Part shown: in pieces, positions 21,252 to 31,904 of the stretch | Numbering within the stretch: position 1 is the stretch's first letter | Layout: each line of letters begins with the position of its first letter | Source: Clostridia bacterium | GTDB lineage: Bacteria; Bacillota; Clostridia; UMGS1883; UMGS1540 | Direction: 5' to 3' | Assembly: GCA_045533905.1 (NCBI GenBank) | Contig: JAZSIR010000008.1 | Coordinates: forward strand, 32,001-96,000 | Length of the DNA: 64,000 bases | Position numbers and translations under genes: made by a program | The notes under the pieces: generated by a model | The model's input: only the letters and a program-made list of their open reading frames with translations | Told to the model about the DNA's origin: nothing | The model's database searches: none

Positions 21252-21979
21252 TAAACACCGCCGAACCGTCTGTTCCTGTTTTGGAAATCCTGTATGGCCT
21301 TCAGAAGATGCGAAGGCTTAAAGGAGGGCCACAAAACATTGGAATACCAGAATTCCGAATAGGCGGCCTGCCAGAGAAGAAAATTGCTGATGCGCTGCTC
21401 GCCGCTCGGCCTGATAATAAGGTCCGGATCCGGCTGGCCTGCCGTATACATTTCGGCATCCAGCATTTCCAAAGTTATATCTTCTGCACGGATTTCTCCT
21501 TTTTCCACCCTTTCAGCACAGGCCTTTGCCGCGTGCAGAATTTCCTGACGGCTACCGTAACTGAGCGCAATGTTTACGATGGTACCGGTTCTGTCCTTCG
21601 TATATTCCTCCAGCTCCTCCACCTTGCGGCGAAGCTCGGGCGAAAGCATATCGCGCTCCCCAATAATGCGGACACGAACACAGTCGTCAAGCTCTTTATA
21701 CGCTCTTTCTATGTACTCGGCCAGAAGGCGCATAAGTGCATCCACTTCTTCCTTCGGGCGGGACCAGTTTTCGGTAGAAAATGCATATACGGTTATGTAG
21801 GATATGCCCATTTCGCCACAGTAGCGTACAATCTTTGTGAAGCGGTCAGCCCCTCTCGCGTGGCCTGCACTTCGCGGCAAACCGCGGCGCTTGGCCCAGC
21901 GGCCGTTCCCGTCCATAATAATTGCAATATGCTTCGGAAGGCGCGACATATCTACTTTCGGTTGTCGAAGTTTCATCAT
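21251..21979 (-). CDS. uppS: Undecaprenyl diphosphate synthase
   Basis: HIAIIMDGNGRWA, FSTENW.RP, RISNFLLWQ. Confidence 0.97.
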   Translation of the reverse strand: MMKLRQPKVDMSRLPKHIAIIMDGNGRWAKRRGLPRSAGHARGADRFTKIVRYCGEMGISYITVYAFSTENWSRPKEEVDALMRLLAEYIERAYKELDDCVRVRIIGERDMLSPELRRKVEELEEYTKDRTGTIVNIALSYGSRQEILHAAKACAERVEKGEIRAEDITLEMLDAEMYTAGQPDPDLIIRPSGEQRISNFLLWQAAYSEFWYSNVLWPSFKPSHLLKAIQDFQNRNRRFGGV

Positions 21980-22521
21980 ATTGCCAGAATTTCTTTCTCT
22001 TTTTCTTTTACGCTGTCTTCAATGCGCTTTGTGAAATCATCGGTCATTTTCTGGATGTCCTTTTCGATACCCTTCAGATCGTCCTCAGTGATTTCGCCGT
22101 TCTTTTCCTGCTTTTTGAAAGCATCGAGCGCATCGCGGCGGGCATTACGGATGCCAACCTTTGCATCCTCAGCCTTCTTGGCCACAGATTTTACAAGCTC
22201 TTTTCTGCGCTCTTCCGTAAGGGCAGGGAAAGAAAGACGAACGGATTTGCCGTCATTCGTCGGCGTAATGCCGAGTTCGCTCTTCAGAATTGCCTTTTCG
22301 ATTTCCTTGACAAGGCTTGCATCCCACGGCTGAATCACGAGCATATGCGGATCGGGTGCGGTGATGGATGCGACCTGGTTAATCGGAGATTCGGAGCCGT
22401 AGTATTCTACCTTGATTCTATCAAGTACAGCGGCGCTGGCGCGGCCGGCGCGGATGCTCGAGAGTTCCTCCTTCAAAAAGGTCATAACTTTTTCCATTTT
22501 GTCCTGATATACTTTATACAT
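21976..22521 (-). CDS. frr: Ribosome recycling factor
   Basis: IRAGRA, LTEERRKELVK, IRNARRDA. Confidence 0.97.
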   Translation of the reverse strand: MYKVYQDKMEKVMTFLKEELSSIRAGRASAAVLDRIKVEYYGSESPINQVASITAPDPHMLVIQPWDASLVKEIEKAILKSELGITPTNDGKSVRLSFPALTEERRKELVKSVAKKAEDAKVGIRNARRDALDAFKKQEKNGEITEDDLKGIEKDIQKMTDDFTKRIEDSVKEKEKEILAI

Positions 22522-22535
22522 TGTCTTTCCTCCTC

Positions 22536-23240
22536 TTATTCAACAATCGTTCCGATATTTTCGCCGCGCATGGCGCGGAGGATATTATCCGGATCTTCCA
22601 GACCGAATACGCGGATCGGGATATGGTTGTCCATACAGAGCGATGTGGCTGTGGAGTCCATAACGCCGAGACCGCGGTTTAATACATCGATATACGTAAG
22701 CGTCTCAAATTTGACGGCATCCGGATATACGTGCGGATCTTTATCGTAAACGCCGTCCACCTTCTTTGCCAGAAGGATAATTTCAGCACCGATTTCCGCC
22801 GCGCGAAGTGCCGCCGCGGTATCTGTGGAGAAGTACGGATTGCCCGTGCCGCAGCCGAAAATAACTACGCGGCCCTTCTCGAGATGTCTGTCTGCACGGC
22901 CGCGAATATACGGCTCTGCAATCTGGCGCATTTCAATACCCGTCTGCACGCGCGTGTCCACCCCTACGCCACCAAGTGCATCCTGCAGTGCCAGCGCATT
23001 GATAACGGTAGCGAGCATACCCATATGGTCTGCACGGGTTCTGTCCATTTCCTTGCCGCTTCTGCCTCGCCAGAAATTGCCGCCGCCAACAACCAGAGCA
23101 ATCTCATAGCCTTCGTCTACACATTTCGAAATGGTTTTGGAAATCTCATTGATGGTATTGAAATCCAGACCGAAGCCGTTTTCTCCGGCCAGAGCTTCCC
23201 CGCTGATTTTCAGCATAACTCTTTTGTATTTTCTCTCCAT
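22536..23240 (-). CDS. pyrH: UMP kinase
   Basis: [26 protein letters not shown]. Confidence 0.97.
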   Translation of the reverse strand: MERKYKRVMLKISGEALAGENGFGLDFNTINEISKTISKCVDEGYEIALVVGGGNFWRGRSGKEMDRTRADHMGMLATVINALALQDALGGVGVDTRVQTGIEMRQIAEPYIRGRADRHLEKGRVVIFGCGTGNPYFSTDTAAALRAAEIGAEIILLAKKVDGVYDKDPHVYPDAVKFETLTYIDVLNRGLGVMDSTATSLCMDNHIPIRVFGLEDPDNILRAMRGENIGTIVE

Positions 23241-23282
23241 TGTAACTCCATTCTGCCGCATGGGCTGTAAATTTGTAAAGAA

Positions 23283-23768
23283 TTAAAGACCTGTATCCGA
23301 AACCTTATCGGGGTCAACCGTTGCCACGGGCTCGGGAGCCTTTGTGGGTTCGACGGGCTTTTCCGTCGGCGCGGCAGTGGGTTCCATTGTTCTTGTGGGT
23401 GTTGCGGTGGGACGCGCAGTTGCGGTCGGCTTTTCAGTGGGGCGTGCCGTCGCGGTCGGTTTTTCCGTCGGACGGGCTGTCTCACTCGGTTTCTCTGTCG
23501 GTCGGGCCGATTCCGTGGGACGCGGAGATTCTGTCGGTTTCTCGGTTTCCTCCGGTGTTGCCGTGGGTGTCTCCTGCGGAGCTCCCGCGGTTTCTGTCGG
23601 CTTCGGCGTTTCTTTGGGTGTGGTGCCGGTATTAAACAGATTGAGCGAAATCAGAAAAGCGATGAAAAAAATCAGAATCAGGCCGACAATCGTCCCCATA
23701 ACCGAAAGTACTTTATTCCCGTTTGCTTTGTCTCTGCCGGCGCTATATGTGCGTCTCTTTTTCTGCAT
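23283..23768 (-). CDS. Single-pass membrane protein with Pro/Thr-rich tandem repeats
   Basis: Basic N-terminus, one TM helix, then PTEKP(T/S)(A/E)TAR repeats; SD-like AAGG upstream. Confidence 0.75.
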   Translation of the reverse strand: MQKKRRTYSAGRDKANGNKVLSVMGTIVGLILIFFIAFLISLNLFNTGTTPKETPKPTETAGAPQETPTATPEETEKPTESPRPTESARPTEKPSETARPTEKPTATARPTEKPTATARPTATPTRTMEPTAAPTEKPVEPTKAPEPVATVDPDKVSDTGL

Positions 23769-23797
23769 ATGTAAAGTCCATCCCTTCTATGTATTTC

Positions 23798-26700
23798 TTA
23801 GTCTATTTCTATTATACCATTATTTGCAAATAAGTAAATAACTTTTTGCGAAATTTCTGAAAAATATTTTTGCCCGAGCGCCATCGCGTACGCGTCCAGC
23901 TGTGCCTTATATTTTGCGACCATTTCCGCCTCCGATTTCGGTGCATCTGTCTTGTAGTCAAGAAGCACAATTTTGCCTTTTTCGAAGAAGAAGCAGTCGA
24001 TAATTCCCTGGACCACGATTTTTTCTGCCGCGTGTGCGGCATCGCCCGTGAGAATCGATGCCGGCACCGTTTCCGTAAACGGCATCTCACGAAAGACCTT
24101 TTCCGCGTGGCGGATGCGGCGCCCCATTTCTCCGTCCCAGAAAGCGAAAATGCGCTGTGTATCCACCGCTGCGGCCTCCTCGGGCGAAAGAATTTTTTCT
24201 TTCACGAGGCTTCCGATATACGCCGTCACATCCGCGTGGGTGCGGACGGTTTCATACGGAATATTCTGCATCACAAAATGCATAAGCGTGCCGTAGGCTG
24301 CCCCGCGGATGCCGCCTTTTGCACGGAAGCGCGGCTCCTTCAGTTCTATCGCTCTGTACAGCGGCAGGCTGATTTCATCGCCTTCCTCACGAAGGCGTTT
24401 GAATTCCGTAACGGAAATTTTGGAAGGTATCGTGCGGAGTTCGGGACGCGGATAGCGGTACTCGAGCACCTCGCGCACCTCTTTTGTCGGCGTAAGCGGC
24501 AAAACAGGCTTTCTCTTTTCTTCGTTCACTTCCTCCCCAAGGACCGTTTCAAAAGCTACGGCGACGCCTTCGGCATTGCCGCCGCTTTGCAGAAGCAGAG
24601 AAAGCGTGCTTTTCGCGTGCAGAATTTCTGATCGTGTAAGTGTTTTTCCCAAAAGGGCTACATTTTCTTCTTTTGCACTGCCGGTAATCACGAGGCGTTC
24701 TTTTGCGCGTGTGAGCGCTACATATAAAACGCGTAGTTCCTCGCCCATTTCATCATTTTGTTTCTGGAGCCGGATAGCCGTTTTAGCCGGCGTATCATAG
24801 CGAATCCGTCTTTTCGGATCAATGTGCGAAAGGCCTATACCGAGGTCCTTGTGCAGAAGGAATGCCCCCTGTACGGATTTTCGGTTGAAGAGCTTCCCTG
24901 TTCCCGCTAAAATCACAACCGGAAATTCCAGACCTTTGCTTTTATGAATACTCATAAGCCGTACGACATTCTCGCCCTCACCCACGAGCTTTGCTTCGCT
25001 CATATCCTCACCGCGCGAAGATACTCTTTCCATATACCGGAGAAAATGGAAAAGCCCACGGAACGAGGTTTTTTCAAACTGATGCGCTTTTTCAAAGAGA
25101 AGCTCAAGATTTGCACGTGCAATTTCGCCGCCGCGTGTACCGCTTACAAAAAGCAGATATCCCGTTTCATCGAACAGACGAAGAATGAGCGTGTCGGTCG
25201 GCAAAAAGGCCGCCTGCCGCCGCCATTTCCGTATTTTTCGCAGGAATGCTGCGCATTTTTTTCCAAGCTCTGTTTTTTCTTCGGCCGTTTTACACACAGC
25301 AAAATAGTAAAGATGCTTTCTGTCGCGAAGGCGAATCTGTGCAAGTTCATCCTCCGTAAAGCCGAAAAACGGCGCGCGCATGGAAGCGAGCAGCGGAATA
25401 TCGTCCTCGGGGTTATCAATAGTCCTGAGGAGCGACAAAAAGACGCTGACTTCCACCGTTTCGAGGTACCCACCGCCGATATCACAGTAGAGGGGAATCC
25501 CCGCCGCCTCACAAGCCGCACGAAGTGGCGCGGCCATATCACGGGCAGAGCGCATAATGACCGCAATATCGCGGTATTCTGCCTTTCGGTATGCACCTTT
25601 TTTAAGGTCATACACTTCTTTGGAAAGTGCCTCGCGGATTTTTTTCGTAATGAGCGCGGCCTCTGCCACAAGTCTCTCCGCCGCCGTATCCTCCGCCTTC
25701 GAAAGTGCAAATTCAATTCTGTTTTCCGTACTCTCCGGGTAATTTGCGCCGGGATTTAAGCGTTCGCTCTCCGTGTAGGCAATGCCGCCGAGAGATCGGT
25801 GCATAAGCGTTTCAAACACGGTGTTTACAAACGAGAGAATCTCCTTACGGCTTCTGAAATTACAGGTAAGTGCTACCTTGCGGTTTTGCCCCTCCTCCAA
25901 ATACGTATCGTTTTTGCGGATAAACAGCTCGGGGCTCGTTTTACGGAAGCCGTAAATGCTCTGCTTCATATCCCCTACCATAAACATATTCGGCGCGCCG
26001 ATGTTTTCGCCGGAAAGAAGCGTGAAGAGCTGCTCCTGCACATCGTTACTGTCCTGATACTCGTCAATATAAATTTCGTCGTACTTTTCCCTTAGTGCCT
26101 CAGCAATCGGCGAGGGCACTATACCTTCCTCCGTTTCCTTCGAAAGGAGGCGGATGGCAAGGTGCTCAAGGTCGCTGTAATCAAGAAGATTCTTCTCCTC
26201 TTTGAGGCGCGCATAGATCGCGGCGTACGTAAGCGTGTAGTCCGTAAGCGCCTTGATATGCGGCGCGGCATTTCGCATACTCTCCGCACATTCCCCTGCC
26301 GCAAGCGTGATGCTGCCTCGGATATCGGTTATCTTCTTTTTGATATCCTTTCTCTCTTCCTCTGCCAGCTCCGAAAGCGGCGTTTTGGCTTCCTTGCCGC
26401 GCTTTGCAGGGGAGAACATCGTAAAGGCATCCAGAAGGCCGTTCCAGCTGTCCGCGTGTTCTAAAAGTCCCATAAGTGCCGTGCGGTCTTTTTCAAAAGC
26501 ATCTGCATAGCTCGGGCACGCCGCATACTCCCTTGCCGCGCGGGCACATCTTTCGGCAAGGTCCCGGATTTCAAGGCGCACATTCTCTAAAATAGTACGC
26601 GCATATATGCTTTCGTTAAAATCTTTTTCCGTTTTGATATCATACAGTGCCGCCTTCTCGCGAAGCCATCCTTCGGGGTCCGGCATTCCTTCCGCGAAGG

Positions 26701-27232
26701 CGTAAAGACTCATCGCGTACTCACAAAGCACGCTGTCATCCCGAAGCGTACTGTAAGCACCGGCGAAATCCAGAAATTCTGTTTCCCCGCGCCTGTACAT
26801 TTCCTCGAGCGCCTCCTGTGCCGCCTCGGCACGAAGAAGATTTGCCTCCGTGCCGTCTGCAACACGGAATGCACCGTCCACGTCCGCTTCTGCAAAATGG
26901 GTGCGCAGAAGCTGCAGGCAAAAAGAGTCCATTGTGGTAATGGAAGCGGAACCAAGCAGTGCCGCCTGCCTCTGGAGATGTGTGTTTTCAGGTTCCTCCG
27001 AAAGGGCCTTTGTGAGATTCTCGGAAATACGCGCCCGCATTTCTGCGGCAGCGGCTTTTGTGAAAGTTACAACCAGAATGCGGTGAATATCGAGACCTTC
27101 CTCTAAAACGCGGCGCAGTATCCTCCCCGTAAGCACCTGTGTTTTGCCGCTCCCTGCGGCAGCGGAAACGAGGCAGTTGGCCTTTTCGCCGTATACAGCT
27201 TTTTTCTGTTCATCTGTCCAAGAAACGCTCAT
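23798..27232 (-). CDS. addA: Helicase-exonuclease AddAB subunit A
   Basis: SAAAGSGKT, DEYQD, GDMKQSIY, HKSKGLEF, YVALTRA, nuclease GIID...DYKT. Confidence 0.96.
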   Translation of the reverse strand: MSVSWTDEQKKAVYGEKANCLVSAAAGSGKTQVLTGRILRRVLEEGLDIHRILVVTFTKAAAAEMRARISENLTKALSEEPENTHLQRQAALLGSASITTMDSFCLQLLRTHFAEADVDGAFRVADGTEANLLRAEAAQEALEEMYRRGETEFLDFAGAYSTLRDDSVLCEYAMSLYAFAEGMPDPEGWLREKAALYDIKTEKDFNESIYARTILENVRLEIRDLAERCARAAREYAACPSYADAFEKDRTALMGLLEHADSWNGLLDAFTMFSPAKRGKEAKTPLSELAEEERKDIKKKITDIRGSITLAAGECAESMRNAAPHIKALTDYTLTYAAIYARLKEEKNLLDYSDLEHLAIRLLSKETEEGIVPSPIAEALREKYDEIYIDEYQDSNDVQEQLFTLLSGENIGAPNMFMVGDMKQSIYGFRKTSPELFIRKNDTYLEEGQNRKVALTCNFRSRKEILSFVNTVFETLMHRSLGGIAYTESERLNPGANYPESTENRIEFALSKAEDTAAERLVAEAALITKKIREALSKEVYDLKKGAYRKAEYRDIAVIMRSARDMAAPLRAACEAAGIPLYCDIGGGYLETVEVSVFLSLLRTIDNPEDDIPLLASMRAPFFGFTEDELAQIRLRDRKHLYYFAVCKTAEEKTELGKKCAAFLRKIRKWRRQAAFLPTDTLILRLFDETGYLLFVSGTRGGEIARANLELLFEKAHQFEKTSFRGLFHFLRYMERVSSRGEDMSEAKLVGEGENVVRLMSIHKSKGLEFPVVILAGTGKLFNRKSVQGAFLLHKDLGIGLSHIDPKRRIRYDTPAKTAIRLQKQNDEMGEELRVLYVALTRAKERLVITGSAKEENVALLGKTLTRSEILHAKSTLSLLLQSGGNAEGVAVAFETVLGEEVNEEKRKPVLPLTPTKEVREVLEYRYPRPELRTIPSKISVTEFKRLREEGDEISLPLYRAIELKEPRFRAKGGIRGAAYGTLMHFVMQNIPYETVRTHADVTAYIGSLVKEKILSPEEAAAVDTQRIFAFWDGEMGRRIRHAEKVFREMPFTETVPASILTGDAAHAAEKIVVQGIIDCFFFEKGKIVLLDYKTDAPKSEAEMVAKYKAQLDAYAMALGQKYFSEISQKVIYLFANNGIIEID

Positions 27233-30200
27233 ACTTCCGCCTCCATTCTGGCCCAGACTTCATCCGGTTTTTCCGGTGCAAGCTCGCGCCAGGCACTACC
27301 ATCGTGCCGGCAAAGTGCCGCGAATTTACAAAATGCACAGGCAGATTCCGTCTGCTTCCGGTACGGCGAAATATCTACTCTGCCCTCGGAAAGCGCTGTC
27401 AAAAGCGCTGTGACTGTCTTTTTTACGTGTTTGGAAAGAACCGCAAACTGCGCCGGGCTTGCCACATTTCCGGTAATACCTTTATCGGAAATACCTGCCG
27501 GAATAATCTGCGAGGTTCTTTCGATGCCGTGGTCCATTGCTCTTAAAACCTCTTCATCCTCAAGGAGAAGCCCGTCAAGCTTGAATTCCTTGCGACGAAG
27601 CATTTCGATCACCTCGTCTGCCTCATTCGGAGAAGCATCCACATTCGGGTCGATAAGCCGGAAATACAAAATTCCGGCAGGCTTTGCTTCCCCGCCTATC
27701 TTTTCTTCATTTTCAGGCGCGCAGAGCGCAGAAAGATACACCGCAAGCTGCAGATTCAGGCCCGCGTACACATCACTGAGACGAAAGGTTTTCGCGCCGG
27801 ATTTATAATCCAGAATCCGGACAAGCGCGCCGCCGTCGGGAAGGTGCAGCGCTTCTGCGCGGTCAATCCGCCCGACGAGTTTCACCGCACCTCCGGTGGG
27901 AAGCGGAATGGAAAGCGGCATAAGGTCGCCGTTTTCCGCAAAGGAAAGTTCATAACCGATAGGCGAAAAAGTACATTTTTGCATATGATACGTGAGCGTG
28001 CGGACGGCCGTTTTGCAGGCACGGCGAAGTCTCGCAAAAAGCTGGGCATACCGCGGCGAAACCTCCAGCATATAGGTACTGAGGCGTCTGTCAAGAAGCG
28101 GCACAATTTCGGAGAATTCCTTGTCGATGTACGCTTCCGTCACGGTTTGCCACGACTCGCCGTTTTCCGAAAGGCGCTTACCGAAAAGTTCCATAAAATC
28201 ATGCAGAAAACGCCCGGCATCGGACGCCGCGGGCTTCATAATCTTTCGTTCTTTTGCATCGAGCATATAGGCGGCAAAATGTGAGAACGGGCAAGCCGCC
28301 ATTTTTTCAAGGCGGGAAACACTGCTGTGCCCCACGCCACCCATAAACGCACGCACAGTTTCCGTCGAAAGCCGACCGGCGCGGTTTTGGTAAGATAGGC
28401 TCGCGAAAGCCGAGGCCGTTTTTTCCGGCTCGTTTTCGAGGAGCCAACCGTATGCCGCGCGCATTGCATCGCTCACTGTACCGCGACGGATATCTTCCAG
28501 AAGATGGCCTATAACGGCGCCCGGTGCCGATATTTTTTCCGTATCCGAAAGCCCTAAAAGGAGGTTTCGTTCCTCCATTTCGGGAAAAAGCTCCTCCACG
28601 CGCCGCCAGATGCGCGACGGGCGGATGGACCCTCCTTCCATACTCGCGCACGGATAACTCAATTCCAGTATTTCAGATGGAATGGTAAGACATTTATAGA
28701 TAAGGTGTTCTTCTTCGAAAAGTGTCTGATTCTCCGCATTCTTAAAGGCAAGCCCCGCCTCCGAAAGAGACATACGCTCCAGGTCGTTCAAAAGGCCGCC
28801 ACGTTCGAGCGGTGCGGGAAAAACGCCATCCTGCACGCCCAGAACCAAAAGCGCCTTTACGGCATAGCCCTTGATGCGGTCAATACTGCCGACGGAAATG
28901 CCGTCCTGTGCGGCGGGAATGATACCTGTTTTCACTTCCCCGAGTGCGGTGCAAAGCACCTCGTAAAGACGCGCAATGCCGATTTCTTCGTCACCAAAGG
29001 CATCGCAAACGCCGTCAAGCGCATCTATAAAATCATTATACACGCCTCTGTACTCTGCGGCAGTGGAGAAATCGCCTGCCTTTTCAAAAAGGCGCGAAAG
29101 CGCAAGAATACGGCGTTTCGCATGCATTTCCTCAAGGAAACTGTAGATCGCCTCGCACTTTTCTGCGGCCGTTTTCCCGGTTTTGAGGTTATCTTCCAGG
29201 CGCAGAAGCGGCGCAATGATCTTGCGGCGGGTACTGTCTGCAAGAGCTGCATCCTCTGCCACTTCCCCTTCGCGCTCGGAATACGCCTCCGCACGGAGAT
29301 TCCATTTTTCTTCATTTTTCCAGATGTCCCCGCGGATGCCGGTGGCAAGCACATAGTTTTCCAGTGCATCCACCGCATCGCTCTGAAGGCGTAAAAAGCC
29401 TGATTTTACATAGCGGAACACACTTTCATAGGTGTAGCCCTTGGTGATAAGTTCAAGCGCGGAAAGCACAAAAACGGTGAAGGGATGCTCTAAAATGTTG
29501 ATAGTGCGGTCCATAAAGAACGGAATGCCGTAGGCCGGAAAAACAGCGTCGATATACCGCTCGTACCCGCTTACATCGCGTGCCGTGACTGCAATATCAC
29601 GGAATAAATACCTCTTCTCGCGGCAAAGCTCCAGAATACGGCGTGCGACATTCTGCACCTCTCCGAGGGGATTTTGCGCCGCCACAAGGCGGAGACCTTC
29701 CGGCTTTTCGGGATATTCCTTTGTCGGATATGTAAAGTAATTTTCTTCTAAAAATGCAAGCGGGCGTGTGACCTCCCGCGGCTTATGCAGCACAACCGGA
29801 TCCTTAATTTCCGTGCCCGCATCGCGCGCAATCTGCATCAGCTGCCGCACCATTTTGGCATGCAGTGTGAAGGCCGCGGATTTTTCATCCTCGGGCGCGT
29901 AGCAAACGGTTACGGTGATACGGATGCCTGCCCGGAGCATCGCGCCGATAGCCGCAAATTCGGAAGCATCAAAGCCGTCAAACCTGTCAAGATACACCTC
30001 TGTGCCATCTAAAACATCGGTTTTCGGCAAAACAGCGGCGAAACGATAGAGTTCATCGTCTCTGTCCGAAAATTTGGCCTCTGTCTTTTTTTCATACGCT
30101 TCAAATAAAAGCGCAAGGTCGGAAAGCTTGGCCTTCATATGCGCAAGATTTTCCCCTGCCGCACGAAGATCCGCACCCCCTATGCCATAGCGCTTCATTT

Positions 30201-30567
30201 CGCCGAAAAGCTTTGCGAGTGCACTCGCAGACCCCTGCTTTTTGGAAAGCGGGCGCAAGACCGTAAGATTTTTGGCGTTATCCACTAAAATTTTCTGAAT
30301 CAGAATGGCTTTACTGCGGGAATCGAGGCGCGGAAGTGCCGCCCCCTCAGCCCCACGTAACACTTTATCGGCAAGACGGGCAAGGCTTAAAACCTCAACA
30401 CCCCCGAGGCCGTGCACATTCACAAGGTCACAAATCCGCTTTTCAGCCGTGAAGGTAAACTGCTCGGGCGTGACAAAAAAAACACGTTTTTCACCTGAAA
30501 GCGCTTCCCGTATGCAGAAGTCGGTTTTTCCGCTTCCGATTTTTCCGTAAATGAGCCTCAGCGACAT
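27229..30567 (-). CDS. addB: Helicase-exonuclease AddAB subunit B
   Basis: GKIGSGKT, VTPEQFT, SVSRLE..ACPF, GRIDR, DYKS, C-terminal CAFC..C Fe-S ligands. Confidence 0.94.
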   Translation of the reverse strand: MSLRLIYGKIGSGKTDFCIREALSGEKRVFFVTPEQFTFTAEKRICDLVNVHGLGGVEVLSLARLADKVLRGAEGAALPRLDSRSKAILIQKILVDNAKNLTVLRPLSKKQGSASALAKLFGEMKRYGIGGADLRAAGENLAHMKAKLSDLALLFEAYEKKTEAKFSDRDDELYRFAAVLPKTDVLDGTEVYLDRFDGFDASEFAAIGAMLRAGIRITVTVCYAPEDEKSAAFTLHAKMVRQLMQIARDAGTEIKDPVVLHKPREVTRPLAFLEENYFTYPTKEYPEKPEGLRLVAAQNPLGEVQNVARRILELCREKRYLFRDIAVTARDVSGYERYIDAVFPAYGIPFFMDRTINILEHPFTVFVLSALELITKGYTYESVFRYVKSGFLRLQSDAVDALENYVLATGIRGDIWKNEEKWNLRAEAYSEREGEVAEDAALADSTRRKIIAPLLRLEDNLKTGKTAAEKCEAIYSFLEEMHAKRRILALSRLFEKAGDFSTAAEYRGVYNDFIDALDGVCDAFGDEEIGIARLYEVLCTALGEVKTGIIPAAQDGISVGSIDRIKGYAVKALLVLGVQDGVFPAPLERGGLLNDLERMSLSEAGLAFKNAENQTLFEEEHLIYKCLTIPSEILELSYPCASMEGGSIRPSRIWRRVEELFPEMEERNLLLGLSDTEKISAPGAVIGHLLEDIRRGTVSDAMRAAYGWLLENEPEKTASAFASLSYQNRAGRLSTETVRAFMGGVGHSSVSRLEKMAACPFSHFAAYMLDAKERKIMKPAASDAGRFLHDFMELFGKRLSENGESWQTVTEAYIDKEFSEIVPLLDRRLSTYMLEVSPRYAQLFARLRRACKTAVRTLTYHMQKCTFSPIGYELSFAENGDLMPLSIPLPTGGAVKLVGRIDRAEALHLPDGGALVRILDYKSGAKTFRLSDVYAGLNLQLAVYLSALCAPENEEKIGGEAKPAGILYFRLIDPNVDASPNEADEVIEMLRRKEFKLDGLLLEDEEVLRAMDHGIERTSQIIPAGISDKGITGNVASPAQFAVLSKHVKKTVTALLTALSEGRVDISPYRKQTESACAFCKFAALCRHDGSAWRELAPEKPDEVWARMEAEV

Positions 30568-31904
30568 ACCGTCTCTCCTTGTAAATTCCACGTTTTCGCC
30601 TCTGTGATTTTCACATCCAGAAGGCGCCCTGTAAGAGAAGCATCTCCCTCAAAGTTTACGATTTTTCCGCCTTCGGTGCGCCCGGTCATCTTGCGGACAT
30701 CCGTTTTACTATTCCCCTCGCAAAGAATGCGCACGGTTTTCCCGAGCAGCGCCGCATTTTTCTCATAGGAAATGCGGTTTTGCACTTCTAAAAGGCGCTC
30801 AAAATTCGCCTTCTTTTCTTCTTCCGTAAGGACATCCTGCATTTTTTCTGCAGGCGTTCCCTTTCTCGGAGAAAAGATGAAGGAGAAGAGTGCATCATAG
30901 CGTACCTCGTCGAGAAGTGAAAGCGTATCTTCAAATTCCGCTGTTGTTTCCCCCGGAAAGCCTACGATGATATCGGTTGTAATCGCAATGTCAGGCATAA
31001 GCTCCCGCGCTTTTGCGATAATGGAAAGATACTTTTCGCGCGTGTAGCGGCGGTTCATACTCTCTAAAATGCGGTTGTTCCCTGACTGCACGGGAAGGTG
31101 CAGGCATTTGCAAATATTTTCCCGCTCTGCCATAACCGATAAAACGGCGGGATTTAAATCCTTCGGGTGCGAGGTCATAAAGCGAATACGCGGAATCCCA
31201 GTGTCACTCACCCGGCGAAGGAGATTTGCAAATGCATCCCCGCCACCGCCGTAGGAATTGACATTCTGCCCGAGAAGCATAATTTCCTGATAGCCTTCTC
31301 TGCAAAGCGCTTCCACCTCGCGGAGAATATCTTCTTCTTTGCGGCTTCTTTCCCTGCCGCGCACATAGGGCACAATGCAATACGTGCAGAAATTATTGCA
31401 CCCGTACATCACCGGCACGCCCGTTTTGAAGGCCGAGGCGCGATAGGTGGGTAAATCTTCTGTTACGTGCCCTTCGGCATATTCTGTATCGAAAATACGC
31501 CCGCCTTCCGTCAGATGCCGATAAAGGAGGCGCGGAAGCGCATCGATATTATTGGCGCCAAAAACAATGTCAACGTGGCGGTAGACCGAGCGGAGCTTTT
31601 CGATGACGTGCTCCTCCCCCGTCATACACCCGCTCATTGCCACCACCAGGCCCGGCTTTTTCTCTTTCAGATGCTTGAAAACGCCGATGGTGCCAAAGGT
31701 TTTCATTTCCGCATTTTCGCGAATGGCGCAGGTGTTAAGAAGCACAAAATCCGCCTCTTCCGGGAAATCAGTCAATGCATATCCCATGGCGTAGAGAAGC
31801 CCCAGAAGCTTCTCCCCGTCATTTTCATTGAGCTGACATCCGAAAGTGCGGACGTATGCTTTTTTGTTATGTATTATTTTTTTGACTTCCGAAATGTAGT
31901 TCAT
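30558..31904 (-). CDS. miaB: tRNA methylthiotransferase MiaB
   Basis: TFGCQLN, NTCAIRENAE, CNNFCTYC radical SAM motif, TRAM C-terminus. Confidence 0.95.
   Translation of the reverse strand: MNYISEVKKIIHNKKAYVRTFGCQLNENDGEKLLGLLYAMGYALTDFPEEADFVLLNTCAIRENAEMKTFGTIGVFKHLKEKKPGLVVAMSGCMTGEEHVIEKLRSVYRHVDIVFGANNIDALPRLLYRHLTEGGRIFDTEYAEGHVTEDLPTYRASAFKTGVPVMYGCNNFCTYCIVPYVRGRERSRKEEDILREVEALCREGYQEIMLLGQNVNSYGGGGDAFANLLRRVSDTGIPRIRFMTSHPKDLNPAVLSVMAERENICKCLHLPVQSGNNRILESMNRRYTREKYLSIIAKARELMPDIAITTDIIVGFPGETTAEFEDTLSLLDEVRYDALFSFIFSPRKGTPAEKMQDVLTEEEKKANFERLLEVQNRISYEKNAALLGKTVRILCEGNSKTDVRKMTGRTEGGKIVNFEGDASLTGRLLDVKITEAKTWNLQGETVCR

Noticed and set aside
21281-22333. 350-aa plus-strand ORF (likewise 15078-16112, 49978-50955, 58122-59249)
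   Set aside because: Each lies opposite well-conserved genes and reads as a codon-bias shadow.
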